Virus record (IMG/VR): IMGVR_UViG_3300024988_000067
Length of the DNA: 64,000 nucleotides
DNA from: a virus
Reading direction: 5' to 3' (one strand)
A program made the translations under genes and the position numbers. The notes under the pieces are model-generated. The model was not told the DNA's origin and did not search any database. It was given only the letters and a program-made list of their open reading frames with translations. The stretch's first letter is position 1, and every line of letters starts with the position of its first letter. This document shows positions 35,966 through 42,862 of this stretch, piece by piece.

Positions 35966-36028
35966 GCAGAACACAACGCTCGTGTGGGACCGCCGCTAAA
36001 GCGGCGTCCCCACAGCTAAGCGTTGGGC
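35966..36028 (+). other. attC9 (63 bp)
   Basis: GCAGAAC, GCT(C)GTG/CACAGC, loop gctaaagc, GTTGGGC. Confidence 0.9.
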
Positions 36029-36231
36029 ACCAGGCCATGCTGCGCAAACAGTGCAACGTCCTCGGCGTCCGCAAACTTTGTTCCGCCGCCTTGCGAGTAC
36101 AGGCTGCGGACGGCTGGTGTCGCATGCCCTTCCTCGCGCAGCAATACGGCCACGGCGCAGTAGTAGCCGCGCGACCACTCGCGGCTTGCGATGTCGTCGA
36201 TCACCTTGTTAATCCGGTCGGCAAATGCCAT
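36016..36231 (-). CDS. Cassette 10: hypothetical protein (MAFADR...), stop lies in attC9
   Basis: RBS AGGAG; ends VPNA*. Confidence 0.7.
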   Translation of the reverse strand: MAFADRINKVIDDIASREWSRGYYCAVAVLLREEGHATPAVRSLYSQGGGTKFADAEDVALFAQHGLVPNA

Positions 36232-36248
36232 GTTCTGCTCCTGTTCGT

Positions 36249-36308
36249 GCCCAACCATTTATTCAACTCGGACGCGCTAAAGCGCGCCGGTTATGTCAAG
36301 CGTTAGGC
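36249..36308 (+). other. attC10 (60 bp)
   Basis: GCCCAAC ... loop gcgctaaagcgc ... GTTAGGC; L boxes imperfect. Confidence 0.82.
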
Positions 36309-36596
36309 ACACAAACGCAGTGCATCAATGGCATTGATTGCGGCGGCCTTATCTGAGTCGGGTGCCGGTGTGGAGCGAATAGCGATCTCCATTGCGTCCA
36401 GCTCCTCTTTTGTGCTGGCTCCGATCAGTCCGGCCAGTGCATTACGCAGCCGCTCAATCTTTTGCTCTGCCTCGCGCATAGGATGTTTCTCGCAATTCTT
36501 TATGTGTTCAGTCAACAGTTCATGCTTTGCGGCTGGTGTTCCGTCTGGGTATTGGTGCCCGCAATAAACACAGGTTACAACATTGTTTTCACTCAT
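36303..36596 (-). CDS. Cassette 11: zinc-finger-like (CVYC...HIKNC..H) phage-type protein
   Basis: Stop TAA is formed by the core TTA. Confidence 0.75.
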   Translation of the reverse strand: MSENNVVTCVYCGHQYPDGTPAAKHELLTEHIKNCEKHPMREAEQKIERLRNALAGLIGASTKEELDAMEIAIRSTPAPDSDKAAAINAIDALRLCA

Positions 36597-36616
36597 AATT
36601 CAATTCTCCCAAAAGT

Positions 36617-36692
36617 GCCTAACAAGGCAAATTAACTGCGACCGTTCCGGTCGCTGCGCTCCCTACACGTCGCGTTATTTGCAACGTTAGCC
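36617..36692 (+). other. attC11 (76 bp)
   Basis: GCCTAAC, AAAT(T)AAC/GTTATTT, GTTAGCC. Confidence 0.88.
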
Positions 36693-36878
36693 GCCACGTG
36701 TGCCGCCCAATTCGCGCAGCTTGTCGCATACCCATTGTGGGTCTGTCACGCTACCGCCAGGCATCACTTCGATTGCCCGGTTTAGTGCGGCCTTCCACGC
36801 AGCGCGCGCAACCCATTCCTGTGCTTCTGGGTCGTATTTCATCCCTTCGCGTTCAAACCATTGTTCAAATTCGTCCAC
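36687..36878 (-). CDS. Cassette 12: small phage-type protein (GTG start)
   Basis: FEQWF...VARAAWKAA; RBS GGAGAG lies inside attC12. Confidence 0.7.
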   Translation of the reverse strand: MDEFEQWFEREGMKYDPEAQEWVARAAWKAALNRAIEVMPGGSVTDPQWVCDKLRELGGTRGG

Positions 36879-36965
36879 GTCTAACTCTCCATTCCAGGCG
36901 AGGCCGTGGAGCAGCCTTCACCCATAGTTGTGTTCTTTCGGCCCGCCTAAATTTCAGCGTTGGCC
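36879..36965 (+). other. attC12 (87 bp), last attC of the array
   Basis: GTCTAAC, ATT(C)CAGG/CCTAAAT, GTTGGCC. Confidence 0.78.
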
Positions 36966-36969
36966 GTCA

Positions 36970-37611
36970 CTACGCCGCCACCGGGAACGTGCGTTGCACT
37001 TGGATGTGCCGATCCTTCACGCGCTCATCCGTCATCACGGCTCGCGGGCCGCGCCGGTAGAACTGAAGCGCCAAGCTCAGCGCCGCGCCCCACTGCGCGC
37101 CCGAGAGACCGATGGCGCGGATGCGTGCGTTGGCAAAGCCCGCTGTCTCAATCTCTTCGCGGTCTCGCTCCCACGCTTCGCGGTCGTCCCACGTTTCCGG
37201 TTCGTACTTCCGCTCCAACAGGTGCCGCAGAATCTAGGCCGCCGTGATGTGAATGCACTGCTCGTAGCCGGGGCCAAAGCCTCCCATTTCAATGCTCCAG
37301 CAGGTTCCGCCGTCGTCCCACCGCTTCAGCCAGTCCGCAGCGTCAGCGCCGTAGGTGTCGATCTCGTGCTTTTCCTTGTCCTCGGCTTCGGTGCGATAGA
37401 ACACCTTCTGGCCGTCGAGAAACAGGCCGCGCACCGTGAAGCCGATTCCCTTGCCGTAGAAGCGCGCCGTCATGCCCTCTGTCGGTACCACGGGAGAGGG
37501 CGCAGGAACGTAAAAGCTCCAGCCGTCAGCCCGCTCGATGCTCCAGCCTTTGCCCTCGTCGCGCACTTTGGCGACTGTGGTTTCTTCAAACTGCTCGTCA
37601 TTCGGGTACAT
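36970..37611 (-). pseudogene. Hypothetical gene interrupted by one in-frame TAG (37234-37236)
   Basis: ...CIHITAA*ILRHLLERKYE... continues in the same frame to 36970. Confidence 0.7.
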
Positions 37612-37636
37612 GGTTTTCCTTTCGTTGTAAGTTGCC

Positions 37637-37852
37637 GTGCCGGCCAACCATCCAAACAGGGGGCCGAAATGCCCCTCTGCAAATCCAGCGCCAGCAGAAA
37701 TCCGGGAGGCCCGCGAAGCTGCTGGGATGTCGCAAACGGCGGCTGCATCCCTCATCCACTGCACCCTTCGCGGGTGGCAGGAGTGGGAGGCAGGCAACCG
37801 CAAAATGCACCCGGCGTTCTGGGAACTGTTCCGCATCAAATCAGCCCTCTAA
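37637..37852 (+). CDS. Small XRE-family HTH protein
   Basis: ANHPNR...EIREAREAAGMSQTAAASLI...WQEWEAGNRKMHPAFWELF. Confidence 0.75.
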   Translation: MPANHPNRGPKCPSANPAPAEIREAREAAGMSQTAAASLIHCTLRGWQEWEAGNRKMHPAFWELFRIKSAL

Positions 37853-37854
37853 CA

Positions 37855-38091
37855 TCACGCTGCCGCCCTGAATATCACGGCTGCCCGATCGGACAGATTC
37901 ACGATTGCCCTGTCCGCTGGTGCAGCCTGCGCATGGGTATAGATGGCGTCGCGCTCGACATACCAGGTGCGGCCGGCTTTGATTGGGGCGGGCTGGATGT
38001 GGCCTGAGCGGGCCCAGGCGCGCAGGGTTGGCAGGGTCGGCTGGGGGTCGAAATGCAGGGCTGCCCAGGCTTCTAGGGTGATGCGTTTCAT
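37855..38091 (-). CDS. xis: Excisionase (lambda-like Xis)
   Basis: MKRITLEAWAALHF..QPTLPTLRAWARSGHIQPAPIKAGRTWYVERDA. Confidence 0.85.
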   Translation of the reverse strand: MKRITLEAWAALHFDPQPTLPTLRAWARSGHIQPAPIKAGRTWYVERDAIYTHAQAAPADRAIVNLSDRAAVIFRAAA

Positions 38092-38549
38092 GTCGGCTTC
38101 CGGTTGAGGGCGTCGCCGCGGTCGACTCGGCGGCGCACTTCGAGCATGGCGGCGCGCGCGCCGTCGCGGGTGATGTTGGCCAGCTGCGCTTCGTGGATCT
38201 CGACTGCGTGCGCGAGGGCGGTGTAGCCGGGCCCGTGGAATGCCCATTTGCCGAGGCGGCGATGGCGTTCGAGGATTTCGATCAAAGCGTCCTGGGCGGT
38301 CTGGATGTCAGTAAGGTATTCGGCGCCGACACCGCGTTCGCACAGTACGAGGCTGACGTTGACCGCAGCAGCGAGGGCGTGCCAGTCAAGTTCGATGCCG
38401 TTGCCGGTGCGCATGCGCTCGATGCTGGTATGGATGGCCATGCCAAGATCGGTGAGCTGATCGTCTGTGAGCTGATGCTGCATGGCGATGGCATGCGACC
38501 AGGCGCTGCGGTCGGCGCGGTAGGGGCGGTATTTGGAGCGTTTTCTCAT
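38088..38549 (-). CDS. Conserved phage hypothetical protein (153 aa)
   Basis: ATGA-coupled to xis. Confidence 0.7.
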   Translation of the reverse strand: MRKRSKYRPYRADRSAWSHAIAMQHQLTDDQLTDLGMAIHTSIERMRTGNGIELDWHALAAAVNVSLVLCERGVGAEYLTDIQTAQDALIEILERHRRLGKWAFHGPGYTALAHAVEIHEAQLANITRDGARAAMLEVRRRVDRGDALNRKPT

Positions 38550-38561
38550 GCTTCGATCCTC

Positions 38562-39149
38562 CTAAATTCGACCACCCACAAGCTGCAATTCCAGCGCCAT
38601 ATCCGGAGCGCAATCAGGATTGCGCGGCCGGACAACGGCTGCCATCTTGTCGACGTTGAGGTCGCCCAAGAAACTCGCGATCTGTTCGGCGGTGACGCGC
38701 GGCCTTGCGATCATGTCCTCGAAGCGAAGGTCGAGGATGTGCTTGACGCCTGCCGTTCGCAGCGAGCGAACAGCTAATATCACATCTTCCTTGAAGGAAC
38801 GGGCGAGGGTCGCACGATATTCCCGATTGACTGGAAGCCCCATCATTTCACGAAGGAATTTCGCGTGTGACTTGGCCTGCTCCATTGGATCGCGCCTGCA
38901 CCATATCGCCTTCGTACTGATTCCATTGGGAAGTGTGTATGTCTGCGGATCAAGCAGTTTGAGTGCATGGCCGCTGATTCCGTGCAGACGTTCAGCATCA
39001 ATGAATTCTGGTTTCACGATATCGGATGCCTCGAATGCTGGATATTCGCCTGTTACGGGCATGCCGCCTGCTTCCAGCATTTGCATGACAAGCGATGATC
39101 CACAGCGCCCGAAACCACATACGAGGGTGATGGATTCGTGTGTGTTCAT
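38562..39149 (-). CDS. Sulfotransferase-family (P-loop) protein
   Basis: VCGFGRCGSSLVMQML (5'-PSB-like), WCRRDP (3'-PB-like), LRFEDM. Confidence 0.7.
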   Translation of the reverse strand: MNTHESITLVCGFGRCGSSLVMQMLEAGGMPVTGEYPAFEASDIVKPEFIDAERLHGISGHALKLLDPQTYTLPNGISTKAIWCRRDPMEQAKSHAKFLREMMGLPVNREYRATLARSFKEDVILAVRSLRTAGVKHILDLRFEDMIARPRVTAEQIASFLGDLNVDKMAAVVRPRNPDCAPDMALELQLVGGRI

Positions 39150-39201
39150 GCTGCCATTCCCCCAAGGTCAAGCTCTTCATTGAACAGGATCGGGCGCTCT
39201 T

Positions 39202-39459
39202 TCATCCCGCTCTCCGCTTGAGAATCACCGGATGCGCCCACATCGCCGAGACAATTCCCGCTGGGCCGCCGGCCAGGGTGGCGAGTATTTCGCTCCATCC
39301 CGCCCCTGGAAGGGTGCGCCATAGATAGATCTGGCACGCGCCGATGACAAGGCTGGTGAGCGCGGCTGCCTTGAAGTGGCGGTGAATCACGTTCTGCTGC
39401 TGGAATCCGAGCGCAAATACAGTGAGGTATGCGCTGGTGAACAGGGCAAGTTCGGTCAT
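39202..39459 (-). CDS. Small membrane protein (copy B)
   Basis: Repeat of 453-710. Confidence 0.7.
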   Translation of the reverse strand: MTELALFTSAYLTVFALGFQQQNVIHRHFKAAALTSLVIGACQIYLWRTLPGAGWSEILATLAGGPAGIVSAMWAHPVILKRRAG

Positions 39460-39501
39460 GACGCACCCCGCTTCATCAATTCTCGGTCGACGTGGTCGTG
39501 C

Positions 39502-39735
39502 TCAATCGCTGGCATTGCACACCTCTGCGAGTTTGCGGATACGGCCGTCGCGCAGCAGCGCCACGATCTCTTCGCGGTATTTGATGAGGTCGTCGAGCCA
39601 GTCCGGCAGTAGGGGAAGCGGCCACGAACGGCGATGCGTGGCGATGATGCTGTCAAGCCGCTCGATGGCGTCGCGCTGCTGGGCAAGCGAATAGCATCGG
39701 CGGTCTTCGTCCGGGGAATGCAGGCGGGCAGTCAT
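39502..39735 (-). CDS. Hypothetical protein (copy B)
   Basis: Repeat of 753-986. Confidence 0.55.
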   Translation of the reverse strand: MTARLHSPDEDRRCYSLAQQRDAIERLDSIIATHRRSWPLPLLPDWLDDLIKYREEIVALLRDGRIRKLAEVCNASD

Positions 39736-39893
39736 GCAACCACCTTTTCGGCGAGCTGCCACAGGACGATCAGCGCGAGGCCGATACAACAGGCCCAGCC
39801 GATGACGCTGTCGATGCGGCGATGGCAGGGGATGCCGCGCGAGGCGGCGCGGTTGGCGTCGCGGATCTGTTGGCGGGTGGAAAGTCCGTTCAT
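39732..39893 (-). CDS. Small membrane protein (copy B)
   Basis: Repeat of 983-1144. Confidence 0.55.
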   Translation of the reverse strand: MNGLSTRQQIRDANRAASRGIPCHRRIDSVIGWACCIGLALIVLWQLAEKVVA

Positions 39894-40123
39894 GCGGCCT
39901 CCAGATCAAGCGCGAGGTTGAATGCGACGGCCGGGTCGGCGTCGTTGGCGCGCTCGCAAGCCACCAGGGCGAGCAGCAGGATGTCGTCGCGGATGCGGTG
40001 GTCCGGCTCGTCCCGTGCGTCGCGCAGCAGGTCGCTGGCCAGTTCGTCCCAGATGGCTGGGTCGGCCTGGTCGATGGCGTCCTGCCAGCGGCAGGCGGTG
40101 CCGGTGGGGAGAATGATCGTCAT
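39890..40123 (-). CDS. Hypothetical protein (copy B)
   Basis: Repeat of 1141-1374. Confidence 0.6.
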   Translation of the reverse strand: MTIILPTGTACRWQDAIDQADPAIWDELASDLLRDARDEPDHRIRDDILLLALVACERANDADPAVAFNLALDLEAA

Positions 40124-40156
40124 GTCTCGCTCCTGATAGGTTGGCTTCTGCGTTCG

Positions 40157-40996
40157 TTACGGCTTTCCGACACTCAGTTCTCCGACATAAACCCCTGCCA
40201 ATGCGTCTCCAAGCTCGTCGCGCAGTGTTTGCTCGACCCACGCGCTGGTTTCCTCCTGCAGGCGTTCACGGCCGACGATGCGCAGTGCGATACCGGGTTT
40301 TCCATCGTTCTCGCGCACGCCGAGACGGATGACGATTTCGAGCAAGTTGGTGCCAACGTAAAGCGGGCTGTGAAGGATGAAATAGGCAGGCAGCGTTTCG
40401 GAATCGCCTCGCGCTTCGATACTTTCGAGTGCGGTGCGGTTGCGGGCGAGGTCTCCTTCCTCGTTGACTACGCTGGCCTTGGCTTCGATCTTGACGCGCC
40501 GCAAGGCGGTGATGGCTTTGCGTTGCTCGATCCCGGCGCCGTCCTGGGCATGCGCGGTGATGTGTTCGGGCCAGTCTTCGAGCCAGTCGATCACCTGCAG
40601 CTGGGTGCGCAGGTTTTTGGTCATGACGTCGGCGGCGGCCCATGCTGGTGCGGCGCGCAGATTGAGCACGGCGCGGTGATGGCCCCACTGCGGCGATTCG
40701 TCGTGGCCGTGGTCGAATACCGCCATTGCGGCACTGCCGTCGGGGCGAACGTAGGCGGTGGGGGCGAAATCTTCTCCTAGGTCGGCCGCTGACTGCTTGG
40801 CATAGGCGATGAAGTCGCCGATGCGCTCGGTGGTGTAGCGATGGCGCTGGAAGCGCGGCGCAGAAGCGAACTGCTCGGCATGCTGCAGCGTTGCGCCGGG
40901 CGGAATGTAGAGCGCATGCCCGACGGTTTCGGTGTTGATCAGCTCGGCGATCTTGTCGTTGATCGCGCTGATACGGTCGATGGCTGCGGCTTCCAT
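40157..40996 (-). CDS. DUF2303/YfdQ-family protein (copy B)
   Basis: Repeat of 1408-2247. Confidence 0.8.
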   Translation of the reverse strand: MEAAAIDRISAINDKIAELINTETVGHALYIPPGATLQHAEQFASAPRFQRHRYTTERIGDFIAYAKQSAADLGEDFAPTAYVRPDGSAAMAVFDHGHDESPQWGHHRAVLNLRAAPAWAAADVMTKNLRTQLQVIDWLEDWPEHITAHAQDGAGIEQRKAITALRRVKIEAKASVVNEEGDLARNRTALESIEARGDSETLPAYFILHSPLYVGTNLLEIVIRLGVRENDGKPGIALRIVGRERLQEETSAWVEQTLRDELGDALAGVYVGELSVGKP

Positions 40997-41353
40997 TTAT
41001 ACCACCTCCCGCTGCTGTTTCTGGATGAGTTCGAGCTGCGTGTCGGGCGTTATGGTGAGCTTTCCGCCTCGGCCAACGTATAGCAGGGTCTGCGTGGTGT
41101 CGGTCTCCTGAATCTTGCCGCGCAGGGTGGGGCGGGCGTAGCTCAGCTTGTGGGTCATTTGTACTTGGGCGCCTTCGCCGATGCGGGTGATGTCGAGCTC
41201 GATGGTGATCTTGCCGGACTGTTTCTTGCTGTCTGCGTTGACCACCGCGCGGGCGGTTTCGGCCAGCGCGTGCGCTACCTTGCGTTCGAAGATCCCGGCG
41301 TCGAGCTCCTCGAGCACGGGAATGAAGCCGGGCACGTTCGTTGCGTCTGTCAT
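40997..41353 (-). CDS. YfdP-like protein (copy B)
   Basis: Repeat of 2248-2604. Confidence 0.75.
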   Translation of the reverse strand: MTDATNVPGFIPVLEELDAGIFERKVAHALAETARAVVNADSKKQSGKITIELDITRIGEGAQVQMTHKLSYARPTLRGKIQETDTTQTLLYVGRGGKLTITPDTQLELIQKQQREVV

Positions 41354-41504
41354 GTTCTGCTCCTGGTTGATGGACTGTTTCCCCAACATCACCCTGCGTC
41401 TTCGTGAGGCTCCTAGCCGGTTGCCCGACCGTGGGATGGGTCTGTGCCCATCACGTCTGCCGCCTGGGGTGCGCCAACTTGGGCGCGCGGCTACGAGGTG
41501 ACCT

Positions 41505-41551
41505 AATTATTCATACATGTATTAGATATGTCAATACATGCATGAATAATT
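41505..41551 (-). promoter_or_regulatory. pL-like promoter/operator (copy B); the copy directly upstream of the cassette array
   Basis: Repeat of 2756-2802. Confidence 0.8.
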
Positions 41552-41686
41552 CATGGCACAATGAAGCCACGCCCGAGGTTGGCGGGTTCAAAAGGGGGTC
41601 AGAAATGGAGATGCGTGACGGTGAAATTACGGTGGGCGATTGCCCGGAATTCACTGTGGGGTTCAGCTACTGCGGTATCGCTGTGA

Positions 41687-41881
41687 CTATGAGCGTGAAA
41701 ATCGAAGAGCGAGCTTTGCTAATGCCGCTTGACTACCCACGAGATAGTACCGAACGGTTGACTGCTGTTTGTGCTCAGGCAATCGGGAGCACAGCTCGTC
41801 AAATCGCTGCGCAAGCGCTGCAAGCTCACACTGAATTTGAGCAAACGCTACGTCAGGCGGATATTGATGATCATCGGTCAT
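41687..41881 (-). CDS. Hypothetical protein (copy B)
   Basis: Repeat of 2938-3132. Confidence 0.45.
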   Translation of the reverse strand: MTDDHQYPPDVAFAQIQCELAALAQRFDELCSRLPEHKQQSTVRYYLVGSQAALAKLALRFSRS

Positions 41882-41884
41882 GGG

Positions 41885-42310
41885 TCAGTCCTGCCATGAT
41901 CTGACCGATTCGACCGTGACGTCGAAGCGTTTGATGGCGGGGTCGTGTTCGAGCCAATGGTCCAGCGAAAACACATAGCGGCCGGGTGGAATGTTCTTGA
42001 CGCTCGCCGGCCAGGCGGCGTGCGATGCGATCGGGGCGCCCGATTTGTCGTATCCGGTCATCCTTAGCTGAATGCCGACTGCCGCGCGGCAATTGTTGAT
42101 CAGTTCGCCTGCGCCTTGCAGGTAGGCACAGGACATGGTGCGGCAGTTGTCTACCCAGCGGGCGCGGACGGATTTGATCACGATGTCGCCAGGGCGGCAT
42201 TCCGTTTGGGATGCAACGGCAATCGATCCGGTGTGCCTGGGCGTATCGATCAGCGGGTAGAGGATTGCGGTGCCGATGGCTGATGCGATTAGGATTTTTC
42301 GCGTATTCAT
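41885..42310 (-). CDS. Exported protein (copy B)
   Basis: Repeat of 3136-3561. Confidence 0.65.
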   Translation of the reverse strand: MNTRKILIASAIGTAILYPLIDTPRHTGSIAVASQTECRPGDIVIKSVRARWVDNCRTMSCAYLQGAGELINNCRAAVGIQLRMTGYDKSGAPIASHAAWPASVKNIPPGRYVFSLDHWLEHDPAIKRFDVTVESVRSWQD

Positions 42311-42789
42311 ATTTCGGCTATTCCGAGCCAGATCCCGTAATTCATGCCATCTCCACCGCCAACAATCATGGCAGGGCATGTTGCGACAGGCGGCAGGCTT
42401 TTATTTTTTGCGAGTGTGCGATAGGCGCGCGCGGTAGCGCGCGAGAGATAGCCTACAGTTTGCCCGCCGATTTTTATGGCGACGGCTTTGTCGTCATGCG
42501 GGTTGTTGTCTTCAAGCTCGATGGTGGCCTGGACGATGTTGTGTCCGGCTGGCAGGGATTTCGCGACGACACGGATGGCTGGTTGATAACTGGCTTCACC
42601 GACGATTTCCTGATCGAACTCGCCATCTCCGCATAGCGTGTGATTATCGCTGATCGCTTCATCGCGGTCCTTGTAGTATTTGATGGTGACGCGATTTGAT
42701 GGTTTTCCCGCGTCGCTTGTCTTGAACGAGTTAATCAGATACAGCGTAATTCCGCCAAGAACAAGTATCAATATGACGAAGGTTTCCAC
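42307..42789 (-). CDS. HIRAN-domain membrane protein (copy B)
   Basis: Repeat of 3558-4040. Confidence 0.8.
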   Translation of the reverse strand: METFVILILVLGGITLYLINSFKTSDAGKPSNRVTIKYYKDRDEAISDNHTLCGDGEFDQEIVGEASYQPAIRVVAKSLPAGHNIVQATIELEDNNPHDDKAVAIKIGGQTVGYLSRATARAYRTLAKNKSLPPVATCPAMIVGGGDGMNYGIWLGIAEI

Positions 42790-42862
42790 ATTTTGCTCCT
42801 CCCTTTATTCGAATTGAAGCTCCAACTGTACCGCGAACTGCAGAATTTTGGCCGTGTTGGTG

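Larger units (their letters stand above)
31456..36965. mobile_element. Complete integron (intI + attI + 12 cassettes) inside the phage
   Basis: See intI, attI and attC1-12. Confidence 0.93.
1..38749. mobile_element. One complete unit (circularly permuted) of a temperate HK97-like siphophage/prophage genome, 38,749 bp
   Basis: Terminase, portal, protease, capsid, tail, lysis-like, cI/cro, replication, Q, int/xis and attP-like modules are all present; the sequence restarts at 38750. Confidence 0.97.

Noticed and set aside
33321-36965. CRISPR array (repeats separated by unique sequence)
   Set aside because: Repeats are variable 60-90-bp attC-type hairpins, the spacers are gene-sized ORFs, and there are no cas genes
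37641-37680. 13th attC (CGGCCAAC matches the GTTGGCCG core at 36959)
   Set aside because: No L'/R' arm follows, and the match coincides with the ANHP codons of the HTH gene
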